Part shown: positions 20,141-29,866 of the stretch, one piece after another
Layout: each line of letters opens with the position of its first letter
Numbering within the stretch: position 1 is the stretch's first letter
From: an uncultured Alphaproteobacteria bacterium
GTDB taxonomy: Bacteria; Pseudomonadota; Alphaproteobacteria; HIMB59; GCA-002718135
Length of the DNA stretch: 64,000 bases
Reading direction: 5' to 3'
Assembly (NCBI GenBank): GCA_902525035.1
Contig: CABZFN010000002.1
Coordinates: 57,603 to 121,602, forward strand
Program-made: the position numbers and the translations under genes
Notes under the pieces: model-generated
Told to the model about the DNA's origin: nothing
Databases searched by the model: none
What the model saw: only the letters and a program-made list of their open reading frames with translations

Positions 20141-21130
20141 ATGGATTTCATTAACCATCAGCTATTTATCAAAGATATAAATGTACATATAGATCCAATA
20201 TTGCCAAAAAAAACAGCAATTATTACACATGGTCACGCAGATCACGCCCGATTTGGACATGATCATGTTATTGCTACTAGGCAGACAATAGACATAATGA
20301 AAATTCGCTACGGAGATAAATGTGCGAAGAAATTTACTCCTCTTAGATACGGGCAAAAATACTCGATTAAAAACTATGATTTTACATTATACCCTGCAGG
20401 ACATATTTTAGGGAGTGCTCAAGTTTTAATTGAAAAAAATAATCATCGTTTAGTCATCACAGGTGATTATAAAGTAGGAAAAGACGAAACATGTAAAAAT
20501 TTCAAACTGATTAAATGTGATACTTTAATTACCGAAGCAACATTTGGATTACCCATATTTCAACATCCAGATCCCAAAGATGAAATTCAAAAGCTCATAC
20601 GATCTGTAAAAATAAATAAAAATAATTGTCATATTGTTGGTGCATATGCACTTGGCAAAGCGCAAAGAGTAATGAATCTTTTACGTCAGCAGAAATATAA
20701 TGAGACAATTTATATTCATGGCTCTCTAGAAAAGTTATGCCAATATTATTCAAAAGAAAAAATTAATATTGGAAAATTTGAAAAAGTTTCTTCAAAGGAT
20801 AAAAGCTTTTATGAGGGTAAAATAATTATTGCCCCTCCTTCAGCATTAAAGGATCGTTGGTCAAGACGATTTCCTAATCCTATTATTTGCATGGCAAGTG
20901 GATGGATGACAGTTAAGCAAAGAGCAAAACAACAAGGTATTGAATTACCTTTAGTTATTAGTGATCATAGCGATTGGAATGAATTACTAGACACAATTAA
21001 AAAATCAAAAGCAAAAAATATTCTTATTACTCATGGTCAGGAAGATGCATTAGTTTATTATTGTAAGAAACAAAATCTTGTTTCAAAGCCCCTTTCCATC
21101 CAAGGAAGAAGTGATGAAGAAATAGAATGA
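20141..21130 (+). CDS. Ligase-associated exonuclease (MBL/beta-CASP fold)
   Basis: ITHGHADHAR, PAGHILGSAQ, TGDYK, ITEATFGLP, SDHSDW, THG. Confidence 0.92.
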   Translation: MDFINHQLFIKDINVHIDPILPKKTAIITHGHADHARFGHDHVIATRQTIDIMKIRYGDKCAKKFTPLRYGQKYSIKNYDFTLYPAGHILGSAQVLIEKNNHRLVITGDYKVGKDETCKNFKLIKCDTLITEATFGLPIFQHPDPKDEIQKLIRSVKINKNNCHIVGAYALGKAQRVMNLLRQQKYNETIYIHGSLEKLCQYYSKEKINIGKFEKVSSKDKSFYEGKIIIAPPSALKDRWSRRFPNPIICMASGWMTVKQRAKQQGIELPLVISDHSDWNELLDTIKKSKAKNILITHGQEDALVYYCKKQNLVSKPLSIQGRSDEEIE

Positions 21131-22695
21131 AAAAATTTTCTTCCTTACTTCTAAATTTGATTTTAACACCAAGTCGAAATACTAAAATTAAATTACTTCA
21201 AGATTATTTTAAAATACTTGATATCAACCGTGCATATGCGCTTGCAATTTTATCTGACCAATTTTCATTTCAATTTATTAAAGCATCTAAACTCAGAGAA
21301 CTTGTTTATGAACAAGTAGATCAACATTTATTTGATTACTCATATGACTATGTTGGGGATTTAGCAGAAACAATATCATTAATTTGGCCAACAAATAAAG
21401 AGAGTAAATCACAAAATTTATCTACCTTAATAGAAAATATAAAAAAAATTAAAAAGTCTGAAATTAATACAGAGTTTAGTAAAGTTTTGAGCGAACTATC
21501 TAATAACGAAAGGTGGACTTTAATTAAAATTTGTACGGGTGGATTGCGAATTGGAGTCTCAGAAAGATTAGTCAAAACGGCCTTAGCTGATCTGTATAAT
21601 AAATCTGTAAATGAGATTGAGGAAATTTGGCATGGTCTAGAATTTCCATATGAAAATTTATTTCAATGGTTAAAAAATGAAATATCAAAACCAAAAATAG
21701 ATTTTAAAAAATTATTTCATCCTATGATGCTTGCTAATCCTATTGATGAGGAAAAAGATTTTAAAAGACTAGACGCGAATGAATTTCAAGCAGAATATAA
21801 ATGGGATGGGATCAGAGTTCAGCTTATGGTTTCATCAAACAGTGTTTCACTATACTCAAGAACAGGTGATAATATATCATCTGCATTCCCAGAAATAATT
21901 GAAACTACTAAAGGTGATGCGGTTATTGACGGGGAATTACTTGTGGGTGGAAATTTTAAGCCCTCTGGTTTTAATGATCTACAACAAAGATTAAATAGAA
22001 AAAAAGCTTCAAAAGATCTTCAGAAAAAGTTTCCTGTTTTCATACGAGCTTATGATATACTTTTTTATAAAGGAAAAGATTTAAGAAAATTATCTCTCGT
22101 TAAAAGAAGAAAATATTTAGAAAAATTTCAAAAAGAAAATACAACTAATCAAATTGATTTATCTACCATCATTAATTTTTCAACATGGGAAGAATTAACT
22201 AAATATAAAAATAATTTTTATGATGATTTAAATGAAGGTGTAATGTTTAAACTTAAAAATAGTGAATATTTACCAGGAAGAAAAAAAGGGTATTGGTACA
22301 AATGGAAAAAAAATCCAAAACTAGTTGATGCTATTTTAATGTACGCTCAAAGAGGACATGGCAAAAGATCATCATATTATTCAGATTTTACGTTTGGTGT
22401 TTGGAAAGAAAATGAACTAGTTCCTATAGGAAAAGCATATTCCGGTTACACAGACAAAGAGCTATTAGTTTTAGATAAATTTATTAGAAATAATACTACC
22501 AATAAATTTGGTCCTGTAAGAGAAGTAAAAAAAGAAATTATTTTAGAAGTAGCCTTTGACGATGTATTCCCCAGCACTAGACATAAATCAGGTGTCGCTA
22601 TGCGTTTTCCTCGAATTCATAGAATTAGGTGGGACAAGCCAATAAATGAAGTGCTTTCAATTAAAGAATTTAAGAAAGAATTTAAAATAGATTAA
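21127..22695 (+). CDS. ATP-dependent DNA ligase (DNA damage-response type)
   Basis: SYDYVGDLAET, EYKWDGIR, EGVMFK, WYKWK, RFPRI.RIRWDK. Confidence 0.95.
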   Translation: MKKFSSLLLNLILTPSRNTKIKLLQDYFKILDINRAYALAILSDQFSFQFIKASKLRELVYEQVDQHLFDYSYDYVGDLAETISLIWPTNKESKSQNLSTLIENIKKIKKSEINTEFSKVLSELSNNERWTLIKICTGGLRIGVSERLVKTALADLYNKSVNEIEEIWHGLEFPYENLFQWLKNEISKPKIDFKKLFHPMMLANPIDEEKDFKRLDANEFQAEYKWDGIRVQLMVSSNSVSLYSRTGDNISSAFPEIIETTKGDAVIDGELLVGGNFKPSGFNDLQQRLNRKKASKDLQKKFPVFIRAYDILFYKGKDLRKLSLVKRRKYLEKFQKENTTNQIDLSTIINFSTWEELTKYKNNFYDDLNEGVMFKLKNSEYLPGRKKGYWYKWKKNPKLVDAILMYAQRGHGKRSSYYSDFTFGVWKENELVPIGKAYSGYTDKELLVLDKFIRNNTTNKFGPVREVKKEIILEVAFDDVFPSTRHKSGVAMRFPRIHRIRWDKPINEVLSIKEFKKEFKID

Positions 22696-23518
22696 TCAAA
22701 TTATTTTCACTTAGATGCGTCCATAGATTTGAAAAGCTATGTTGAAATTTTTTTTGTGCATTTACAGCATGCTCTTTTTTTTCAAATACACTGTAAATAC
22801 AAGAACCACTCCCAGTTAGTCTTGAAAATATAACATCGTCAAAATCCTCCAAGAATTTTATTATTGATAAAAATTCAGGTTCATTTTTTTTAAGAATTTT
22901 TTCAAAATCATTGCCAGAATCTTGATCATTAATTTCTTCTAAATCAAATTCAGCATTATAATCAAAATCTGTAGGTTTAAGTGAATCATACATTTTTTTT
23001 GTAGAACATTTGAAAGACGGTTTAATTAGTAAGAAATAATATTTTGGAAAATGAACATTAGCAATTAAATCACCCCTACCTCTGACTAGAGCATCTTTTT
23101 GATTCAAGAAAATAGGGATATCTGAACCAAGATCAACATAATCAAATATATTTTTCTTTTTTATTATCTCAAGATTTTCTAAAATTTTTATAACACTTGC
23201 TACATTAGATGAAGCAGAACCTAAACCAGCTTCATAAGGAAAATTTTTTGATATAGTAAAAAGAAGTTTGGGTTTATCTTCATTTATATAAGTAAATAAT
23301 TTATCAATAATGCAATCCTCAAATAGATTATTTTTTGGAGCGAAATTACCTTTATATATTACTTGAAATTTGCTGTGAGGTTTCACAGTTATCTCATCAA
23401 AAAGATCAATGAATGTTATACCAGTGCGAATATTATGAAAACCATCATCTCTTCTATTTATAATTTTTAAAAATAAATTAATTTTGGCAGGTGATTTTTC
23501 AATTATTTTGTCCAGCAT
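22682..23518 (-). CDS. ispE: 4-diphosphocytidyl-2-C-methyl-D-erythritol kinase
   Basis: PAKINLFL, K.FP..AGLGSASS, LGSDIP, RLTGSGS. Confidence 0.9.
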   Translation of the reverse strand: MLDKIIEKSPAKINLFLKIINRRDDGFHNIRTGITFIDLFDEITVKPHSKFQVIYKGNFAPKNNLFEDCIIDKLFTYINEDKPKLLFTISKNFPYEAGLGSASSNVASVIKILENLEIIKKKNIFDYVDLGSDIPIFLNQKDALVRGRGDLIANVHFPKYYFLLIKPSFKCSTKKMYDSLKPTDFDYNAEFDLEEINDQDSGNDFEKILKKNEPEFLSIIKFLEDFDDVIFSRLTGSGSCIYSVFEKKEHAVNAQKKFQHSFSNLWTHLSENNLINLF

Positions 23519-24818
23519 TAATATTATCTAATTTATTTTGAACGTCTTCAGTTATTTCATCTTCTGGCTCCGCTAATTCTAAAGCTTGTTGCCAAAAATG
23601 AATTGCTTCTCTTTTTCTATTCATAGCATAATAAATATCACCAAGATGGTCTAGAGATATTGCCTCACCAGGGGCAATATCTATTACTTTTTCCATTAGT
23701 CTTGCTGCTTCTGAAAGATTATTTTTTTTAAAATGAGCCCACGCTAAACTATCTATAATATAAAAACTATCAGGGTTAGCTTTATATGCATCATCTAACA
23801 TTTTCAAAGAACGGTCTAATTTAATATTTCTTTCAACCCAACCATATGCAAGATAATTTAAAACATTTGGTGTTCCAGGTTTAATTTCTAAAGATCGTAA
23901 AAAATCTTTTTCAGCTAAGTCCCATTCATTTTTTTGTTCATAGCAAATACCTCTCATATAAAATATATTCCAAAGATCGTCTTGGTTTTCTTTGATCATT
24001 TCATCATAAACGTCTAATGCTAAATCATACTTTTTATTATAACGATAAAAATCACCTAAAGTTTTTTTTAGAGAATAATTATTATTATTATTTTCAACTA
24101 ATGATTTAATTTTAGTCTCAGCTTCCTCATAAGTATTATTAAATAAGTAATGTCTAGCAAGACTATTTTGAGCATCTAAATAATAAATACTATCTTTATC
24201 TATTTGCTGATAAATATTTGATGCAACCTTATCTTGTCCAACTTGCGCGAATAACTCCGCTTTAATAATTATTGCTCTGTCGTTTTTTGGATCAAGTATT
24301 TTAGCAAGTGAGGTATAAAATAATAAAAAATTATAATTTAAACGACTTTGTTCATTATTTGAATATGAGGATGATACCAATTCAACTAATGCATTACTTA
24401 TAGTACTATTATTTTTTAGTTTGTTATCAGCAAAAAAAATAAATTCTAATAATTCACTTGGTTGCAGCATTTTATCCTTTAGTTCTATTATGTCTTTAAA
24501 TTTTTTATCTTTATAAAGGGATGTAGTTTTTATAATTAAAGCTTCTGGGCTATTTTTGTTTTCACTTAAGATTTTATCAGCAATTTTTAAAGCCAGAACT
24601 AAATCTTCTATAATTATTGCAGCAATAGCTTTATCTAAAAGAGTGTCTTGAGACAGAGTAATTTTATCCATATTAAATTTATATAAAGTGGAACTATAAT
24701 CATAATTATTAAAGGCAGATTGTGAGATTAAAAAAGATGAACTAGTTAAAGCTAAGGCTCCAGAATTAATAATCAGAAAAATTGAGATAAATTGTAGTTT
24801 TTTAATTAAATTAACCAT
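23499..24818 (-). CDS. Tetratricopeptide repeat protein (conserved upstream of ispE)
   Basis: RGICYE...W..AEKDF, P.VLNYLAY.W, IDSLAWA, DHLGD.Y; start taken as ATG 24818. Confidence 0.85.
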   Translation of the reverse strand: MVNLIKKLQFISIFLIINSGALALTSSSFLISQSAFNNYDYSSTLYKFNMDKITLSQDTLLDKAIAAIIIEDLVLALKIADKILSENKNSPEALIIKTTSLYKDKKFKDIIELKDKMLQPSELLEFIFFADNKLKNNSTISNALVELVSSSYSNNEQSRLNYNFLLFYTSLAKILDPKNDRAIIIKAELFAQVGQDKVASNIYQQIDKDSIYYLDAQNSLARHYLFNNTYEEAETKIKSLVENNNNNYSLKKTLGDFYRYNKKYDLALDVYDEMIKENQDDLWNIFYMRGICYEQKNEWDLAEKDFLRSLEIKPGTPNVLNYLAYGWVERNIKLDRSLKMLDDAYKANPDSFYIIDSLAWAHFKKNNLSEAARLMEKVIDIAPGEAISLDHLGDIYYAMNRKREAIHFWQQALELAEPEDEITEDVQNKLDNINAGQNN

Positions 24819-24865
24819 TTTAAATATAGTATAGTTACAATATGAATAGATAATTGTAATTTTAC

Positions 24866-25576
24866 ATGAATCAATCAAATAAAAAAAATTTAGAATTTAT
24901 AATTAATTCTGGGGTAAATTATTTTCTTCAGGATTCTCCTAGAAACTGGTTTGAAAATAAGAAAAAATTACAGCAGCCTAATTTCCATAAAGATACTGCG
25001 GATAAAAAATCTAAAATTGATGATGTTATTGAAGATCTTAAGAAACACAAATCTCCTCTTCAAAATATGGCAAAAAATTTAGTAGTTTATGATGGTAACT
25101 TAAACGCAAAAGTAATGTTAATTGGTGAAGCGCCAGGTAAGGATGAGGATGAACAAGGTATTCCATTCGTTGGAAGAGCTGGACAGCTTTTAAATAAAAT
25201 GCTTTTGGCCATTAATTTACAAAGAGAAGACGTTTATATTACTAATGTTGTTAATTGGCGTCCATCTGATAATAGAACGCCTAATGACAATGAAATTTTA
25301 GAATTTTTACCATTTTTGCAAAGACAAATTGATATCATTAAACCTAAATTTATCTTCCTACTAGGTGGTGTTGCTGCAAAAGCCATTTTATCAACACCTC
25401 TTGCACTTGGGAAACTCAGAGGTAAATGGCATGAATACAAATCGCTTAATTTAGAAGAGGGTATTCCTACAATAGCCTCCTATCATCCAGCTTTTTTACT
25501 TCGATCTCCTCAATATAAAAAACATTCTTGGGAAGATTTACAAATGTTAGAAGAAAAATTGAAAAATGAATCATAA
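24866..25576 (+). CDS. Uracil-DNA glycosylase, family 4 type
   Basis: IGEAPG..ED.QG.PFVGRAG.LL, YITNVV.WRP..NRTP, YHPAFLLR. Confidence 0.92.
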   Translation: MNQSNKKNLEFIINSGVNYFLQDSPRNWFENKKKLQQPNFHKDTADKKSKIDDVIEDLKKHKSPLQNMAKNLVVYDGNLNAKVMLIGEAPGKDEDEQGIPFVGRAGQLLNKMLLAINLQREDVYITNVVNWRPSDNRTPNDNEILEFLPFLQRQIDIIKPKFIFLLGGVAAKAILSTPLALGKLRGKWHEYKSLNLEEGIPTIASYHPAFLLRSPQYKKHSWEDLQMLEEKLKNES

Positions 25577-27311
25577 GAAATTTTCCATTATTTGTTTTTT
25601 TGTATTCTTTGTATTTTTTTCCAAGCAGATCTATGCTTATCAGCAAGATATTGTTATCAAATACGATAATATATTCTCAACAAAGGTTCTTAGTGAAGAA
25701 GATATTTATAATTATCAGCAAGCTTATAAATTTCAGGAAAAATGCAAATGGAAAAGTGCAAATAATTTTATTTTAAAGATAAAAAATAAATCTTTGCTTG
25801 GTCATATTTATGCTCAGAAATTTTTGCATCCTAATTGTTATCGATCAAATTATTTAGAATTATATTATTGGCTAAAAAAATATAATGATCATCCTCAAGC
25901 AAAACAAATTTATAAATTGGCTATTAGACGAATGCCGGCAGGTTATAAGAGTCCAACTAAACCTAGCAATCCAATTGGTATAGAGTCAGAACAAGTAACA
26001 AGTAAAAAAACTAGTAAATATAAAAGCTCTATGAAACTATCGAACAATCAAAAAGCTGAAAAAAGAAAATTAATAAATGGAATTAAATCTAGAGTTAATA
26101 AAGGATGGCCAACTGGAGCAGTACAATTATTAAACCAAAGAGATGTAGATCTATTATTAGATCAAGTTGAAATAGATCAACAAAAGGAATTAATAGCGAA
26201 AGGATATTTCTTAGCAAATAAAAATGACTTAGCAATCAAATATGCCTCAGAGGCTCTTATTAATTCAGCAAAATATGTCCCATATGCAGCTTGGACAGCT
26301 GGTCTATGCTCTTGGCGATTAGAAAAATATGAAGACGCTGCAAAATATTTTTCTCTTTTTTCGATTAGTTTAAAAGATGATGCGTGGCATCAAACATCAG
26401 GTAGTTTTTGGACAGCTAGATCATATGCAAAACTTGGTCGCTATGATGATATTAATTTTTGGTTAAAAAAAGCATCAAATAATCCAAATAGTTTTTATGG
26501 AATGCTTGCACTAGAAATTTTAGGAGTTGAAAAAAAAATTGAATGGGTAGAGCATACTGATCTTAATAAAAACAATAGTACTATTTTAAATATACCAGCT
26601 GGAAAAAGAATACAGACACTGATACAGGTTGGGTTTGCCGATGAATTAGAAAAGGAAATTGTTCATATCAATTCTATTTTGAATAGAGAAATAGCTAAGG
26701 AATCTATTCAAATTGCTGAAAACTTTGATCTTGCCTATACTCAATTAAAAATTGTCAATAAGCTGGAAAATTTTGGCATGGATGTCCCAACATATCTATA
26801 TTACCCTACTAGTGTGTGGAAGCCTCGAGATGGTTTCAAATTAGAAAAAGAATTACTCCACGCGTTCATGCATCAAGAATCTATGTTTAACATAAATGCA
26901 AAAAGTAAAGATGGTGCCATAGGTTTAATGCAAGTTTTACCTTCAACAGCTAAATTTATTACAACAAGTAAAGACGTAAAAAGAAGCAACAGCAATATTC
27001 TTAAAAATCCCGAAATAAATCTAGAGGTTGGACAAGAATACTTAACTTATCTTCTTGATCTAGAGCAAGTTTCAAGAAATCTTATATTTCTCGCAGCAGC
27101 TTATAATGGCGGTCCAGGAAATTTACAAAAATGGAAAAATGAAACAAACTATATGGAAGACTCCCTCTTTTTTATGGAAAGCATTCCTTCAAGAGAAACA
27201 CGGTGGTTTATTGAAAAAATCTTAACAAAATATTGGATTTACCAAAATAAAAATAATAAGGAAATGCATTCATTAAAAATGCTGGCAAATGGAAATGATC
27301 CACTTTATTAA
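25566..27311 (+). CDS. Soluble lytic transglycosylase (SLT domain)
   Basis: QES.F, GAIGLMQV.P.TA, AAYNGGPG, ESIP..ETR; signal peptide. Confidence 0.92.
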   Translation: MNHKKFSIICFFVFFVFFSKQIYAYQQDIVIKYDNIFSTKVLSEEDIYNYQQAYKFQEKCKWKSANNFILKIKNKSLLGHIYAQKFLHPNCYRSNYLELYYWLKKYNDHPQAKQIYKLAIRRMPAGYKSPTKPSNPIGIESEQVTSKKTSKYKSSMKLSNNQKAEKRKLINGIKSRVNKGWPTGAVQLLNQRDVDLLLDQVEIDQQKELIAKGYFLANKNDLAIKYASEALINSAKYVPYAAWTAGLCSWRLEKYEDAAKYFSLFSISLKDDAWHQTSGSFWTARSYAKLGRYDDINFWLKKASNNPNSFYGMLALEILGVEKKIEWVEHTDLNKNNSTILNIPAGKRIQTLIQVGFADELEKEIVHINSILNREIAKESIQIAENFDLAYTQLKIVNKLENFGMDVPTYLYYPTSVWKPRDGFKLEKELLHAFMHQESMFNINAKSKDGAIGLMQVLPSTAKFITTSKDVKRSNSNILKNPEINLEVGQEYLTYLLDLEQVSRNLIFLAAAYNGGPGNLQKWKNETNYMEDSLFFMESIPSRETRWFIEKILTKYWIYQNKNNKEMHSLKMLANGNDPLY

Positions 27312-27317
27312 TAAATT

Positions 27318-27845
27318 ATGCCAATTGATACTACTCTAGATTTTGTTCCCATAAACATTGCTATAGTTACAATCTCAGATTCAAGAACAAAAGAAAATGA
27401 TACATCTGGAGATACATTAGAAAAGCGAATTACTGATGCTGGTCATACAATGATTAAACGTACAATTATCCCAGATGATGTTTCTCAAATAAAAGGTACC
27501 TTAGATACAATGTCAAAAGAAGAAGACATTGATTGCATTATTACAACTGGTGGTACTGGTCTAACAGGAAGAGATACAACACCAGAAGCTGTAAACGCTA
27601 TTGCTAGTAAACATATCGACGGATTTGGTGAATTATTTCGCCAAGTTAGTTTTGAAAAGATTGGTACATCGGCAATTCAATCACGAGCAGTTGCAGCCTT
27701 AATAAATAGTACGTATGTTTTTTGTTTACCAGGATCAACAGGTGCATGCAAAGATGGCTGGGATAAAATTTTACAATATCAATTAGACATTAGACATAAG
27801 CCCTGCAATTTTGTTGAAATCATGCCAAGATTAAATGAAAAATAG
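27318..27845 (+). CDS. moaB: Molybdenum cofactor biosynthesis protein B
   Basis: TISDSR...DTSG, TTGGTGLTGRDTTPEA, LPGSTGAC, PCNFV. Confidence 0.95.
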   Translation: MPIDTTLDFVPINIAIVTISDSRTKENDTSGDTLEKRITDAGHTMIKRTIIPDDVSQIKGTLDTMSKEEDIDCIITTGGTGLTGRDTTPEAVNAIASKHIDGFGELFRQVSFEKIGTSAIQSRAVAALINSTYVFCLPGSTGACKDGWDKILQYQLDIRHKPCNFVEIMPRLNEK

Positions 27846-28459
27846 TGACTGATTTTTCTATAGAGAAATCAATTGCTGGACCCGTAATTGGTTTAGATGA
27901 AGTAGGTAGAGGCCCATTGGCAGGCCCAGTTGTGAGTTGTGGATGTTATTTTTCCAATTATGATGATTTAGAATCAGAAATACTCATTACTGATTCAAAG
28001 AAACATACAGCAAAACAAAGAGAAAAATTATTCTTATTTTTTAAAAAATTACAAAAAGAGAAAAAACTTCAATATTACTTAGGCTACGCAAGTGTAAAAG
28101 AAATAGATACAATTAATATTTTGGAAGCAACAAAATTATCAATGAAAAGAGTAGTTGAAAAATTTAATTTTGAAAATCCATATCTTATTATTGATGGAAA
28201 CTTTTCATTAAATTATCACAATGAGAAATCTATTATAGGTGGTGATAAAAAATCTTTATCAATTGCAAGCGCATCTATTATTGCAAAAGTTCACCGTGAT
28301 CGATTGATGAGTATACTTGATAGTAATTTTACATTTTATGATTGGAAAAAAAATGCAGGTTATGGAACTAAAAAACATATTGATGCAATATACAAACACG
28401 GTGTAACTCAGTTTCACCGAAAATCATTTGAACCAATTAAATCGTTATTAAAAAAATAA
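27845..28459 (+). CDS. rnhB: Ribonuclease HII
   Basis: GLDEVGRGPLAGPV, DSKK, IDGN, SIASASIIAKV.RD, GYGT..H. Confidence 0.96.
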   Translation: MTDFSIEKSIAGPVIGLDEVGRGPLAGPVVSCGCYFSNYDDLESEILITDSKKHTAKQREKLFLFFKKLQKEKKLQYYLGYASVKEIDTINILEATKLSMKRVVEKFNFENPYLIIDGNFSLNYHNEKSIIGGDKKSLSIASASIIAKVHRDRLMSILDSNFTFYDWKKNAGYGTKKHIDAIYKHGVTQFHRKSFEPIKSLLKK

Positions 28460-28476
28460 ATTACCAAAATTTATAC

Positions 28477-28491
28477 ATGCAAAAAATGCAT
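28477..28491. promoter_or_regulatory. LysR-type T-N11-A box
   Basis: ATGC-aaaaaat-GCAT dyad, centred ~65 bp upstream of the candidate sRNA 5' end. Confidence 0.5.
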
Positions 28492-28548
28492 ACCAAATAT
28501 TATTTTATTATGCTTCAAAAAGATGCGACAAACATTAAATATATTTTA

Positions 28549-28607
28549 AGTTTCATCATTCCTCCCATTTGATGAACTATTTTAGGGGTCTTCGGACCCC
28601 TTTTTTT
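28549..28607 (+). ncRNA. Candidate anti-Shine-Dalgarno small RNA (SuhB/MmgR- or AbcR-like architecture)
   Basis: Hairpin AGTTTCATCA-[TTCCTCCCATT]-TGATGAACT followed by the terminator hairpin. Confidence 0.6.
28584..28607 (+). terminator. Rho-independent terminator
   Basis: AGGGGTC-TTCG-GACCCC-TTTTTTT (cUUCGg tetraloop). Confidence 0.92.
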
Positions 28608-28629
28608 ATGTTTATAGGCAAATTTTAAA

Positions 28630-28743
28630 GTTATCCCTACCTAAAGATTCCCTCTGTTGATAACTCAATTGACCTGATTCCATATCTACTTAAAGATTCT
28701 TTTTATCAAGTATGAAGAAAAACCAAATAATTTTAGGGGATTC
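28630..28743 (+). promoter_or_regulatory. ccrM promoter region with clustered GANTC sites
   Basis: GATTC at 28646, 28676, 28695 and 28739; TTGACC (-35-like) at 28669; DnaA-box-like TGTTGATAA at 28655. Confidence 0.6.
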
Positions 28744-29782
28744 TATTAAGAAAATGAAAAAAATGAAAGATCACTCTGTTGATCTTATTTTTGCTGATCC
28801 ACCCTATAATCTTCAATTAAAGGATACATTATACAGACCTGATCAAACAACGGTCGAAGCTGTAACACAAGATTGGGATAAATTTAGTACGTATAAAGAA
28901 TATGATCAATTTACTAATGCATGGCTTAGTGAATGTAAACGTGTTTTAAAAAAAGGTGGAACACTTTGGGTCATAGGTAGTTATCATAATATTTTACGTG
29001 TTGGTTCTACAATCCAAGATGAAGGCTTATGGATTTTAAATGATATTATTTGGCATAAAACAAATCCTATGCCAAATTTTCGTGGTACACGTTTTACAAA
29101 TGCCCATGAAACATTATTGTGGTGCACAACATCAAGAGAAGCAAAATACACATTTAATTATCAAAACCTCAAAGAACTAAATGAAGGAAAACAAATGCGT
29201 AGTGACTGGTATATTCCTATTTGTTCAGGGAAAGAAAGATTACGTAAAGATAACAATCAACGATCACATCCAACACAAAAACCAGAAGCTCTACTCTATC
29301 GAATTCTATTAGCCTCAACAAACAAAGGTGACCTTGTTCTTGATCCCTTTTCAGGAAGTGGAACAACAGCTGTCGTAGCAAAAAAATTACAACGTAACTT
29401 TATTGGAATAGAAAAAGATAAAGATTACGTCAAACTTTCAAAAGAGCGATTAAAGAGAACAAAAGTTCTGAAAGAAGATGTTGTGACTATTGCAAAGAGC
29501 AGAAAAGAATTACCAAAAGTTCCTTTTGGTGAATTAGTCGAGCAAGGAATTATTCCACCAGGTGCAGTATTAACAGATAAAAAAGAACGCTTTAAAGCAA
29601 CGGTTAGTATTGATGGAACACTTAAAATAAAAGATTTAACAGGTTCTATTCATCAAATGGGAGCAAAGATACAAGGACTGCCAAGTTGTAATGGTTGGGA
29701 TTTTTGGCATGTAAAAGATAAGTCTAAATCAATCCTACTTGACGAAATACGATCTAATTACCGTAAAGATAAACTGAATTAA
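28712..29782 (+). CDS. ccrM: Cell-cycle-regulated GANTC adenine methyltransferase
   Basis: [53 protein letters not shown]-terminal GSIH..GA...CNGW.FW; adjacent to rnhB. Confidence 0.95.
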   Translation: MKKNQIILGDSIKKMKKMKDHSVDLIFADPPYNLQLKDTLYRPDQTTVEAVTQDWDKFSTYKEYDQFTNAWLSECKRVLKKGGTLWVIGSYHNILRVGSTIQDEGLWILNDIIWHKTNPMPNFRGTRFTNAHETLLWCTTSREAKYTFNYQNLKELNEGKQMRSDWYIPICSGKERLRKDNNQRSHPTQKPEALLYRILLASTNKGDLVLDPFSGSGTTAVVAKKLQRNFIGIEKDKDYVKLSKERLKRTKVLKEDVVTIAKSRKELPKVPFGELVEQGIIPPGAVLTDKKERFKATVSIDGTLKIKDLTGSIHQMGAKIQGLPSCNGWDFWHVKDKSKSILLDEIRSNYRKDKLN

Positions 29783-29866
29783 AAAATTTTCATTTTAAAC
29801 TATTAAGTTTTCTGCTAATTTTATTATTGTTCAAAACAAAACTGCTTATTAAATAAAAGGACTATT

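Noticed and set aside
17708-22695. Helicase/nuclease/ligase cluster as a novel anti-phage system
   Set aside because: Matches the known ligase-associated DNA damage-response four-gene module
28630-28665. DnaA-like boxes as a replication origin
   Set aside because: Only two imperfect boxes in a short promoter, with no other origin context
28712-29782. Methyltransferase as part of a restriction-modification defence system
   Set aside because: CcrM signature and rnhB synteny; no adjacent endonuclease
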